Assembly: GCA_050084985.1 (NCBI GenBank)
Contig: JBITNC010000001.1
Span: 129,394,001 to 129,458,000, forward strand
DNA length: 64,000 nt
From: Nageia nagi
Lineage: Eukaryota; Plantae; Pinophyta
Direction of reading: 5' to 3'
Below are positions 37,671 through 51,086 of this stretch, piece by piece; the stretch's first letter is position 1; the number at the start of each line of letters is the position of its first letter. Both the position numbers and the translations under genes were made by a program. The notes beneath the pieces were generated by a model. It did not search any database. It was not told where the DNA came from and saw only the letters and a program-made list of their open reading frames with translations.

Positions 37671-40600
37671 TCCTCATGAAGAACCTCCCCATGAAAAAAT
37701 AGATTATTAGGGATATGAAGAAATTTATTTTCCATTTTTATAAATTTATCCAATACATCATGAAAATGCCTAATTGCATCACCAACTCGTGTTGAATCAT
37801 CACGCAAACTTTCCCATACCTCCCTATTCATTTCTTCAATAATATAAAGAATATAAAACTTTCTCCATTATTGTGAAAAACATCAAATCCCCTTAAAAAT
37901 TTTACCATAAATAGGCACCATGAATAACCATCCATATCTAAAATTTGATAGAAAACTGATATCATATGCAACAATTATGGAGATTTCTTTTCTATCCCTT
38001 TTTTATCAAAATTTCAATCACCAATTCTATCATAAATCAGCCAAAAAAACTTGAAATAATATGAAGTGTTTTCTAAACATGTATTATACTAATATATGAA
38101 AACCCATAAAGTTTTAGAAAAAAATTGAAATAGATGAAAAATATATGGTTGATTTATTCTTACCTCATCTAGATCTTAGAGCATTTATAAGGATACCCCA
38201 ATGTTCTTCTCACAAAATATTCAATGTAACTCCAAACATTCTAAAATTTAAATTTTGTACTCTTGATATATAAATATGAAAAACCTCTAAATTTCAATAG
38301 CAAACTCTCAAAGGCAAAAAAGATATGATCAAATACTTTTTTTATTTTTTCACACATCTAGATTTAGGGTTTATAAAGGGAAACACAAATTGTCTCATAA
38401 ATCAATCAATACAAATTCAAATGATATTAAAGTTTAAAAACACTAATATCTTATCTATACCAAACATTATCAAAACTTTTAGAAGCAAAAATCCATTATT
38501 TTAACCTATATGACCAATTTATTATGAAAATTGAAATGTTTATAAAATCTATGAACATCCTCCAAAACACCTAATTTTTTTTTTATTATTTTTTACATGA
38601 TTATCTTCAAATATATAAAATTTTATAATAAAATTCATCCAAATGTGTGATATATTAATGATTCAATTCAAAAAATAAAAAACCCTCTAACTTCTCGAAA
38701 CCCACAAGTGCCAAGACCATGCTTTGATACCAAATGTTAAGAATCCACTATTTTATAATAACATGATTATTCACAAGTACATATAAAACCATTTAAATAT
38801 GTAAATAACATTAAAATATACAAAAATATTATAAATACCACTTACTTAAGTAATTGAATTGCTTGCACCACTTCAACGAGGGCATCTCCTAGAGAACAAG
38901 TTCTCTCCTCAAATGAAACTATATTTCATGCTTTTCCATTACAATAGGAAAGGCCTCATATAAATAGCTCTTGTGACCCTTCACATTCCAACCTATTACA
39001 TGTGGTATCAATAGTAATATAACATAAATAACATGCTATGGTATCATAATAATAGCAAATGAATAGAGTAAAAATGGTTATCCTTCTCTTGGAGGGATCA
39101 AAACTAGAGGTGATAAGATATAGCATTTTATTTCTTCAAATGCTTCTTGTTTTTCCTTACCTTAGTGAAATATGATTCCCTTTCTTAACAATTTATTAAA
39201 ATCTTTGCATTTATTAGATGATTATGATATGAATCACCTTATAGCTTGTAACTTTCCTTACAAAGTTTGTAATTATTTATATTTGGAGGAGCCATATTTA
39301 CTATGGCTTTTATTTTGTTTGGGTCTACTTAAATTCCTTGTATTGAAATGATAAAACCTAGTAGATTTCCTAAAGTGACTCCACAAATATATTTCTTTGG
39401 ATTTAATTGAACATTATCTTCTAATAACCTATCAAAGATTTTTATAAGTACTTATGGATGCTCCTCTCTAGTTTTAGACTTAGCCAATAAATCATCCACA
39501 CAATCTTCCACAATATCATGTATGTAGTCATGGAAGTTATATGTCATTTCGTATTGATAATTAGCTCCAAATTTTTCCAAAAAAAGTCATTACTTTATAA
39601 CAAAAAGTTCCCCATGGTGTTGTAAAGGTTGTTTTATGTTGATCTTCCATAGCTAATTTTATTTGATTATACCCAAAAAATCCATCCATAAGTGATAGCA
39701 TTTCATGTCTAGTAGTAGTTTTGACCAAATTATCAATATTTGGAAGTGGAAAATCCTATTTTGGAAAAGCCTTATTTAGATCTCTAAAAGCTATGTAAAT
39801 ATGAATCTTGCTATTAATTTTTTTAACTAGAACCATATTGGAAATCCAATTAGAATAATCAATTGGTTGTATAACTTTTACTTCCAATAGCTTTTGTAAT
39901 TTTTCTTTTACCATTAATGCTATTGTAGGATATATGTTTCATAAATTTTGTGTTATTGGCTTAGCATCTTCTTTGAGACCTAAATTTTATACTACTAAAT
40001 TTGAATCCAATCCATGAATATCTACATATGACCATGCAAATACTTTTTGTTTCTCATTGAGAATGGATATAAACCTTTACTTTTCATCTACATTAAAGGA
40101 TTTTCTTAATTGGATAATTTTTGAATTTCTAAGATCATAACTTAAATCTATTTTAATTATTTATTCAATTAACATGTGATATCCTTCTTCCAATTGATTG
40201 GAACCTGGAATCCAATTTTTATCATCTTGATTATATTCCACATCTTAACCTAAATCTTACTTATTTAAGGTTGTATTTGTTGTAGGTTCAAATGTTCAAA
40301 ATATAATATTTATATATTTGATTTCTTATATTGTTGATTTTTTAGATATGAGTGTAAAACATCCAATGTTTTCATTATAATGAAATTTGATGTATATGAT
40401 TTTGAATTTGATGGAAGTAATTGTTCAAAATCATCACTTCTAGATCAATCAAAAGAGATTTCTTCTAATTTTAAATTTGACACCTCTTGAATGTGAACAA
40501 TATTAATTGAAATAATACTAGAGAATAGGTTTTTAGGTATTGATATTTATGATCCTGCAATACTTTGATTTGCTATCGATTCAAATTTTTCAATTAGATC

Positions 40601-43600
40601 ATCATATTCAAGACTTTATATTTCTAATTCAACTATTTCTACATGGGATTCTAATTTATTTTTTCTTTATATCCCAATACTATTTTATCAATTGGTAATT
40701 TATAATGAATGTCAAATATATATCTATTCCCTTTCTCATAATGACCTAAACTATCTCCTTTCCATTGGCATCTATTAAAATATCTTTGGGTAAAGGATTG
40801 TCCAAAAGGTGATAAATATTCTTATGAATTACATAATATACCTTCATTTGGTTTAGGTAAAGGAATTAATGATGATTCTATAGGGCTTGCATATATAAAG
40901 AGTATTTGATTAGGATTACTTCCTAATGGTATTAATTACTCCACCACACTAGGGGATTCATTAGGTTATTCAATATCTTGAGTAGAAGGAATATTAAATA
41001 TTACATCATCAATCTCATATTCCCCTATACCCAAGTTGGATAAATTTATTGCTACTAGATAAATTTTTGATGATTCATTATATTCTTTATCATCACCATT
41101 TTGTGATGAGACATTTACATGGGATGAATCTTTTTATGAAAAATATTTACTTAAGTCATCCAATTTATGGACTCTTTCTTTCCAAGAATCCCTCTCTTTT
41201 GGTGTTGATTTTATTTTTGGTTGTAAGCTATTATCAACCTATTGTTGAGTATTAGATGACTCTTGTTGATCAATAGTTTATTTTTCTTTTAAATAATTTG
41301 AATATGTGTGATTATTTTTATCCACATCAATAATAAACCATTCATTTGTTGATATAGGTTTCATGAAAAATGATTAGGTGGTAAGGCTACATCATTTGAC
41401 AAGTAAGTAGTGTTACAATGTGAATATTCATTTTCAACACCAAGTACACAATACACTACTTACTCATGAATATATTTCAAAAAATTATGATATGTTGATG
41501 GAACACATTGCATATATCTAATGGAAGGTCTTACTAAAAGCATATTATATTGTGTAATATCTCCTTCAATAACTTGTAACAAAGTTTGCATAATTTTTTA
41601 TTCTAGAATAATAGGTAATATGATTGATCTTATTATTGAATATAAAGCATGATTAAATATTTTTAGTTGGAGGGATATTTACTAAATCTATGTGAAAGGG
41701 AGATTTAGATTCTTATATGCATACATTGATATTATATTTATAGTTAAACCTTCATCAATTGAGATTATTTTAAATGTCTTTCCATCAACTTTGACTATGA
41801 TATGTAAAGGTGGATTTAGACCTTGTGTCCCATCTGAATACTTTATTTCATGATCATAAAATGTAATGATGGGTTTTTGAATGGTTTTAATATTTCCCAT
41901 AAAGTATACAAAGATTTCAAGATCATTTATATCTAATTCAATTGTTTGTAATAATTGATTTATTGCATCTCTATGATCTTTAGATTGTTATAATAATTCA
42001 AATAATGACATTTTTACTTGTGAATTTTTCAATTATAGATGCAAAGCTCCTTTTGTAGAAACTTTGGAAGGTTGTGATTTAGGTATATGTGGTTGTACAT
42101 AGACCTTATCTTGTTGATTTTTTGGTATGATATTTTGCCTCCCTTGTAACTGTTGAGCTCTTGTAGCAACACTTATCATTCCTATGAACATTGAATTATC
42201 ATAACTTCATTTATGTATTACTTGATTTTCACATGGATGCAATGAGACATTATGAGTTTGATGTTGTGGAAGTGGGTTTTTAAAAATACCTAAATTTTGT
42301 TTAGGAATTGTAACAAAATTATCAACCTCTAACTTTGCACTATCAATTAAATCCTGAACTACATTCTTTATTGTTCTACATTTATCTATATCATGACCCT
42401 TTTTATGATCATAATGATAAAATCTATTTTCATTATACCATATGATTTCTTTATTCTTTGGATTTTTTATCTTATATCAAGAAAATTGATTATTTTATGG
42501 TCACATAGCTTTCTCAAAATATCATAAAGAGATTATGATAAATGTGTGAACTTTCTTTTAGGTCTAGAATCTATTTCCACATTTTAGGATGAAGATGGTT
42601 CCATTTTTTTTACAATAGAGACCTTATTAACTGGTAATTGTTTACTTATTTTCTATGTTTAGTTTTTATTTTTCGTATAACCTTCTTATTTTTTAGTTTT
42701 ATTTCTCCATCTTGCATTTAAACTTTTTCAATTATTACTACTTGAGAAATAGCTTCTTCAAAGGTTTTATGTTGTTGGATTAACAATGCAATAGCAATAG
42801 ATCTCAAAGAACTTTGACTAAATAATTTGACCAATTCCTCTTAAGGATAAGTATAAGGCATACTTGATAATATCACTCTCCATCATGAAATGAAATCAGT
42901 AGTTGATTCATTAGGAAATTGTTACAACCTTATGAGATCAATGATGGAATTATTATCTTTGATGTTGATCTTAAAGTGTTCCAAGAATAAATTTTCTAAT
43001 TGATAATATGAAATAATACTATATTCTAATAGATTATTATACCAATACATTTCTTTACCAATAGACATCATAGGAAAAATACATAGCATTAGGGAATCAT
43101 TGCTGGAAATTAAATAACTTGAATATTTGAATCTTATTAAATGTTCTTTAGGATCTTCCTTTCCTTTAAATGGTACAATCTTTGGAATTCTAAATTTAAA
43201 AGGAATTTCCTTTATAGGAATACTAAAATAATTTGTTCATAATATAAATTATTTCATAACACATCTTTTTTTACCTTGCATATGTAATTCCCTTTCTATT
43301 TCTTTTAATATTTTATGGAAGTTATGATCTTATCTCATTACCTTTTTGTTTAGCTAATTTTTCAAGCACATAGAAAATTCTTCATTTCTTGGATATGCTT
43401 CTTCTTCATATCCTTGAAAAGGTCTATACCCTTATTCAGAAGGTGTTCTTGGATCATAATAGACCTAATCATATGGTGGTGTTGTAGGTGGAGGTTGATG
43501 ATGTGGTCAATGAGGCAACGATATCTAAGGAGGTTGTTATGCTTTCCCTATATCTATAGGTTGAGGAAAATGATATATTTGAAGTTTATTTTACCTATTT

Positions 43601-46429
43601 TTGAGTTAAATTTATTTTTTATTAATAAAATAAGGATCTATACACTTGATGGCCTTGTGGTGATAATGATCATGCCCTAGGTCATCCTTTGTTCTCTCTA
43701 CTCAACCTTTGATCAAACCTAGCTTGATTTTGATTGTGAAAATTTTACTTACTATAATGGTATGTTGTAGCAATTTTTTTTTATGTACATTACACACAAG
43801 TTAAGCTTGTACTTGATTTTTTTTGGTAAACTTAATTGGATTTTTTTTTTATCATATTAAGATAATATTTATTGTTGTTGTTGCACATTACCTTCAAGTG
43901 CATATTCTTTCCTATGAGGATAAGGAGGTATTTCTTGTAATTTAAATTTTGATAAATTATGCCTATCTTGATCTTATTGCTCTTTATTAGCTCTTGTATG
44001 ATGCAAAAGAGGAGATGGTGTGTCTAATTTTAAGATGTGAAAAGGATTATCATACACCTTGAAAGGGTTTCTTGTTTCAGGTAATGGAGTTCCTATATGT
44101 ATGGAAATTTGATCATCGAATTCTTCCATTTGCCTTCATATTGTAGAAGGTTAATAATCCTTTCTTATTAAATATGATTAGACTAAGCATCCATTTGGTA
44201 AATATCATGTGATATGATTATATTTAGGCCTATAGGTACCTATTTGCAATAATGTATAATTTGATTATGTTCTTGAAGGAGGAGCATTTCCTTCCTCATT
44301 ATCTTCTACATTTTTTGTTTCCTTTGTTATTTATTGTTCATATTTCCCTAAATAGTCTAAATCTAAAGGAATACTATAAGTATGAGTATAAGGTGAAAAT
44401 TGAGGAATTCATAATTGTGTTATATATTTTCTAACATCATTTAAATCATTATAAATAGGATCTTGATATGCCCCAAGATTTGCATCTCAAGGTGTTTCTC
44501 TTCTTGATTGATTCCTACTAGACCTATAACTTCTTGTGTTTTTCTAAACCATATTGCTCTTAAGGGTCTTACTCTTGAAAAGCTCTTTGAGAATGAGTTT
44601 GCATCATTTTTTTATCAAACTATAAAAAGAACACAAACATCAAACATAGTAATTATATTTTTATCTTTTTGATTTTATATTTGCAAGAAAATAATTGAAT
44701 GCACAAACAAACTATATGAGTACTTATATTTTATGGTGTGATTATATTTGTCTATATTTTTTGATAAATTTGATTAATCTTATTATATGAGCGTTATGAA
44801 ATGTATAATTTTATGTTTTTAATTTTCCTAAAATATTTTGGCTAGTCAAGTGTTTAATCAAGGTAGGTTGGTAATTCTAATAGATTATTTATGGATAAGT
44901 AAGGACTTGGTATTTAAAATCATTTCCTTAGTGCAATGGGGTTCAAGGGATGCAATTGAGAACTATATTGATGATTAAATCCAAGTATAGCCCCATTTTT
45001 TTTATAGTCATTCAACAAAATGCAATGACTTTTAGCCTATGAACCCAATATTCATCTCCAAGTTTTGGCTCTAAGGCTTAGTTCATTTTATCGATGGAAA
45101 TATAATAAAATAAGAATCAATGGTTGGTAATGACATCCAACTATTCATGTTCATTTTACTAGGTCTTATAATTATGCATCTATTAAAAGCAAAGTGCATA
45201 TTACCAAATTAATGAGATTCATCACAAAATTAAAATGAAGTTCATTCACACTATGGTTCATTACCTCTCCTTATGAGTCACTATCTACCTTTGATTTCCT
45301 TTTAACATGGTAAGGAAAAATATGTAAAGAACCTTTAGTGTATGTAAATTATCTTTTAATGCAAATTCTTTTCCCCTCTTTACAAATAACAATCAACCTT
45401 TGACCACCTTTCTATATGGTAAATGAAGATAGGTAAAGAGTTTTAATGTGTATGTAAATTCCAAAATTAAATGTGGATTCATTCCTCATTTTACTTAACT
45501 TTTTTGATCACTTCATATCACCATAGGTGTAAAAGTGAGAACATACTTATTTAAGTAAAAGTAATGTAATGTAAACACAACCAACATGTTTATTTACCAA
45601 TTTAGTATACTTCATTTCCAAAATAATTTCAAATAAAATTGATATAATAAATAATTTCAAATGGATAAAACTTTGGTTTGTATAAATTTTGGATTCTCAT
45701 GAATATAGATTACTAAAAAATCTTACATTTTATAATACAAAAAATGGTGGAATATATCCTACCAAATTATTGGAGTAAAAAACTCTATGCTCTCATTGTT
45801 TGCAAAAATTTAAACTATAATATTTTGGAGCACAAAGAAATTTTGGACTCAAAACTAATTTGAATAGAAAATTGTAGAGCTCCTAGATAAACCTCCTCAA
45901 GAAAAAGGAATCATAAGCTTCTTCTCACATAGGCAAGCTAAACATTATTGTTTCCTCAAATGAGAAAACTTGAATGCTAATATTTATTCATCTTCTACCT
46001 ATACTTTTCATTTATACTATATTGAATTCTCCTTTTATTCTCTCTTCCTCATATTTCTACCAAATCTCTCTCTTAGCACTTATTTAATTTCATCATGTTT
46101 CTTCTTTGGTATTTGATCCACCTAGTCCATAATATTTGATTTTGGTGGATTAGTTTCCTTTGTCTCATTATCTCCTTTGTAGGAATACATATTTGCAACA
46201 TTAAATACCGATGATATGTCCAAACCAATTCTAATATCCACTTCATAGGTATTATTAGAAAATTTTCTTTGAATTTTGTATGGCCAATCTTTTTATATTT
46301 TAATTTATTATATGTTCCACTTATAAATTATTCCTTTTAAAAATAAACCATAACCAAATCTCTAACTTCAAAGGATTCAATTTTGCTCCTCTTATCAACA
46401 TGCTTCTTGCAAGATTAGTTGTTGTTCAT

Positions 46430-47621
46430 TGTAAAAGCTTAAATGTAATTTCATATATAATTAAGCAAATTCAACTAAATAAGTTCCCACATCTAACCTA
46501 GAAGGGCATCAACAAGCATTCAGCACCTCAATATGCCAATGTTAGGTTTAGGGAATCCAATAAAAGTCCATACAATACAATAATACCAACATCTAGCTAC
46601 AACATGCATAAAAGAGTAAATATACCACAATGTGATAAATAGAGATAAGTGTATAATAAAATATAAGATCCAATAGCTCATGACTTGTATTAATATATAA
46701 AATGAATACAAATACAATACCAGGCCCCAAGGGCTTAGTGTTAGCCTTCAAGGATCCAACTATAGCACAAAGAATGTATTTATTACTGGAAGAATAGAAC
46801 ATTGAATGGGACAACCTCACTCCCTTAGAATCTAAATCCTCTCCATCAAAGGAACCCTCCTTAAACCCTAGTGACCAATTGAAAAGTAGAAGTGTGACCT
46901 CATAATACCCCTAGATGGGTTAGGGTGCTAACCAAATTCATATATTAACATGATCCCTTAGCTTGTTAATGCTCCTAGATGTTGTGCCTAGGGATGTTGC
47001 TCGATATTGTGCCAAGAATTCTTTCCATAGGATAGTCTGAGTAATAACAATAACTTAGTATATTTAGCAATTAGGCTCCAAGGGTTAATATAGCTTTCCT
47101 AGACTTGGATCTCACCTCAAAGTCATCACCCAATCCCTTCAAACCCTAATGATGGCACCTAGGGGACATTCCAAGCCCAACATGGGTTTGGTCCTCCCTC
47201 ATGCTCCATGTGGGTCCTTAAGCTAAACATTACCTTAAGGATGTATGCATGGTCATGTAGGGGATCAATATGGGTTTCATGGACTAACATGGGGGTCTAG
47301 AAGTCTCCCCAAGGCTAGTACATGTGTACAAGTTCTCCCAATCTCAACATTGGGATCATTAAGAACTCATCCATGCTCTAAGTGCTAAATAGATCTTGGG
47401 ATTTCCATAATCATATTTCAAAATCTCCAAGTATATTAAAATACTCTAAACTACACTTGGGAGAGGTATGTACCACTTTGGGCTCACAATGGGGTTCAAC
47501 GACCCATTAAGTCTTCTATCCAAAGTACTAACTAAAAAGCATAATTAAATAATTAATTATACAAAAGAGGGAATCTATTAAATTATAGAATTAATTACAA
47601 TTGTACAAGGGGGATGTCACA
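46430..47621. mobile_element. Solo LTR (1192 bp) inserted in the integrase of element C
   Basis: Termini TGTAAAAG...GATGTCACA; TSD TTCAT at 46425-46429 and 47622-47626. Confidence 0.88.
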
Positions 47622-49529
47622 TTCATTATTTTATTCTTAGTATCATGTTATGCTACTTCATATGCTCTATAAAATCCTTAGCCTCTACATTACTCTAATC
47701 TACTTTTAATAAGTTTGTCACTCCTTTCGATGATCTCATGTAAAAAAAACCTAGGATGGATATGCTTTAGTTGATTTATTCACCAAATTTTTATATACAA
47801 ACTTAGCTTGTGCTAAAATATTATCCCATTAATTTAGCTTATCTTCAACCAAACTCCATAAAAAATTACTTAAGCTTTAGTTTATTACTTCTATTTTATA
47901 TCAATCTGTGGATGGTATGCTAAACCAAAATTTTATTTTATGTCCAATATCTACCACAACATCTTATATAAATGACTCATAAATTTTATATCCCTATCTA
48001 TAGTAATGCTCTTGGAAAATGCATGCAACCTGATTATTTCTTAGAAGAATATTTTAGCAATATAGGATGCATTATTCACATTTTTACATGGAATAAAATA
48101 AGCCATGTTTGAAAATATAAAAACAACAACATATATTCTATCATTACCTCTTTGTGTTGTTGGTAATCCTAACATAAAATTGATGTTTAAATATTCCTGG
48201 GATCCATTTTGTACAAAAAATGATTGATACAATCTAGTTTTCCTCTTGGTTCTCTTACCTAGGTAAAACATTCTACACCTAAACATAAAACTTTCCATAT
48301 AATTTGATAAACTATGTTAATTGTACTCTTCTTGTAGCCATAACATTATATTATCTCTTTTAAAATGATCTACAAGGCCTCCACCATGGGTCATATTGAT
48401 TTAATTCTCCCTCAATGATCCATGAGGTATACAAAGTTTTTGGTTTCTAAAAAAACCCCCTTCTTATATTAATTAGTAATTCCATACTCAATGGTATTAA
48501 TAGGCTTGCCAAATCTCAAAAAAATATAGATCATTCTTATACTACTTTTGCATGATTAAGCCCAATGACTCAACTTCCATAATTTTTAGTAGTAAGCAAT
48601 GTATCAAATATACTATTAGATACTTTAGCCTTATAATTAATGAAAAATATGTATCTCTTCAAATAATCCACCCATCTATTCAATCTTACACTTAACTTTT
48701 TGTAACTATTAATATATTTTAGAGCTTAATGGTCTACATACAATACATGATGGCATACATAATGTATCTGGTACTTCAATGCTTGCATGATGGCATACAT
48801 ATCTTGCTCATAAACATAATTTTTTAACTTGGATTCACTTATATTTTGACCAATGTATGCCATTAGTCTTCCTTCTTAACTCAAAAGGCAACCTATAGTG
48901 TTTTTAGTTATATTACAATCCACTTGGAAACTTTATCAAAATCAAGCACCACAAGTATTTGCTATTTAATCATCTTCTTCTTTATTAACTTAAAACATTC
49001 TTCAATATTAAGTATCTATTTAAATATTCCCTTCTTTATACATTAGGTCAATGGTGTATATATCTCACTAAAGTTCTTAATACATTTCTTATAAAAACTA
49101 GTCAAGCCATGAAAACTTCTAAACTCAAACACAATCTTGGGTGTTGTCCAATCTTTAATGATATATACTTTATCAAGTTCTATCTTCAATCCATCTTTAA
49201 ATATCATAAATGCTAAATATATTAGCTCTTATTTCATGAATGATAATTTAGTCATATTGGTAAATAATTTTTCTTCTCTCAACCTCTCTAAAACTTGTCT
49301 CAAATATTTCATATGCTCCTCCCTACCTTTACTATAAAATATGATATCATTTAAATACATAACTAAAAAGTTTCCCAAAAAAGATATTTAATACCTTAGT
49401 CATCATCCTCATAAAAGTGCTTGGTGTATTTGTTAAACTAAATACAATTTTTATCCATTCATCCAATTCATATTTTATTCTAAATATAATCTTCCACTCA
49501 TCTCCTTGATAAGCACTCTTTATATATAC

Positions 49530-50648
49530 TGATGAGGTGAGAAATAAGATCCTTTTTGTCATAATTTTGTGAATGTATTTTATTACTTGGAACATTATGT
49601 GATACTATTATTTTGTTTTAACTTATATAACTATTATATTTAGAAGTGAATGCATATTTTCTTTTATCTCCATTAATTAAATGTTGTTAGTGATTATTAT
49701 TATATTTGAATGTTGAATGTTCATATTTTGCATTAAGTAACAATTATATGGTCTAAGTGAGAAATAGCTTCAAAATTAGTTCTAGATGGAAAAACTTCAA
49801 ATATAGCTTTAGAATGCTCAAACTCTAGAATTAACTAAGGAATGACCAACTTTAGAATGTGTTCGAGAAGGGAAAGCTTCATAATATCTAATAAGAAGCT
49901 TCAAAAATAGAACATGGATGCATAACATGTTTTGTTTCTGAAGTGTCGCCCTATATATATCTTCCACAACTCTAGTAGATTGCAATGAATTTTAGGATTA
50001 TGTTTTGAAAGGATAACTAACAAACCTAAAGAAGTGGACAAAAAGGAATGCACAAAGAAAAATTCAAGATAATCTTGAGGTTGACTAAGTCTAAATATTT
50101 GTTAGCAACTTGGATACTTAATCTTCTTTCTATAAATATCTAAATGAGTCATATTCTAAATTAGGATTCTATTTCAAATAAACATGTGAGTCAAAGGAAT
50201 GTAATTGATTAGCATCTAAGAGCTTGTTAGAATTTTGAGAATAAATTAGCCTTCTTTTAGAAGAAGGCTAGCTAGCTACCATTATGACTTGTAAAACTCT
50301 AAAGTTTATGTAAATATTGTATTTTGCAATTTTTGAAGAAGTTAAACATATTTCATTCTACATTTTTGAAGTTTTGTTTATGACCTCTATTAGAAGGAGG
50401 AGGGCCCACTCTAACCAATAGTAGTCTCTAATCTTTATGGTTTTAATTTAGTATTTTACATTCTATAATACAATATTTGTTTAAAATTGTTTTATGTATG
50501 TGTGATTAATCAAGGAAAGTTTAGTTTATTTCCAATATAAGTTACTATTTCAATAGATCCAAAGTATTTAGAATAAAGTATAAACTACATATATCCTTAG
50601 GATACCAACCCTAGATATGATGAACTAAATGATGTATTGATACCATTA
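49530..50648 (+). repeat. 5' LTR of element D
   Basis: Direct repeat of 60655-61775. Confidence 0.92.
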
Positions 50649-51086
50649 TTTTTTATATTGTTACTGGGGAACATAGTTTCTATATTATGTATAGTGAAAT
50701 GCAATTGAATCTTAAAGTAGTTGAGTACAAACTTATTTGAGCTAACTAATCCTTAAGTGTTGGAAAAAGAAGAGGTTCATTATACAATTGGAAATAAACA
50801 ATGTTGGTTGAAAATATTTTTAGAAAATTTCATGATTGTATTTTTGTTTGTGTCATTTAGGATATCATGTATAGCCATGTTTCCTCAATTCTAGGGTAAT
50901 AGATATTTAATGAAAGTGATAGTATCCAAGTATTATGAATTTTGTTAAAATAATCTTACATGGATAAGTTGATTTGTTAATTAATATTTATTTTCTAATG
51001 TTTTGATGATCTAGAACAAATAACTATCTTATGTTTTTAGAGAAGCTATTTTAAAAATTATGTAGTTATTTTAGTGGTTACTTATA

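Larger units (their letters stand above)
34304..39051 (-). mobile_element. Non-autonomous LTR retroelement in tandem-array form (LTR-internal-LTR-internal-LTR), TRIM/LARD-like
   Basis: TSD ATAGC (34299-34303, 39052-39056). LTRs at 38735-39051, 36482-36798 and 34304-34522 (last internally deleted). PBS TGGTATCAAAGC at 38721-38732 (-). PPTs aagggggtggcaa / aatggggtggcaa. Two ~1.95-kb internal copies with no recognisable pol. Confidence 0.92.
32115..44607 (-). pseudogene. gag-pol of element B (interrupted at 34304-39051)
   Basis: Start MMQTHSQRA at ~44607; protease ISIDEGLTINII (41688-41900); RT ~39200-40050; aRH FDGSQCEKSG..CTNNNVNYEAL (33583-33885); integrase YFTKWVKA at ~32890. Confidence 0.9.
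24368..45527 (-). mobile_element. Tat/Ogre-type Ty3/gypsy element 'B', diverged relative of A; 5' LTR not found
   Basis: Colinear homology to A across gag, protease, RT, RH, aRH, INT, ORF2, ORF3, PMD and LTR. PPT aaaagaggaaaaa at 25279-25291. Confidence 0.88.

Noticed and set aside
1-45527. A and B as a recent inverted duplication or hairpin locus
   Set aside because: They are too diverged, with synonymous bias in coding parts and different insertion hosts (copia vs LINE), so they are independent insertions.
49347-49595. ORF-track proteins spanning 49530 and 61775 as real genes
   Set aside because: They are chimeric frames crossing the junctions between element C's RT and element D's LTRs.
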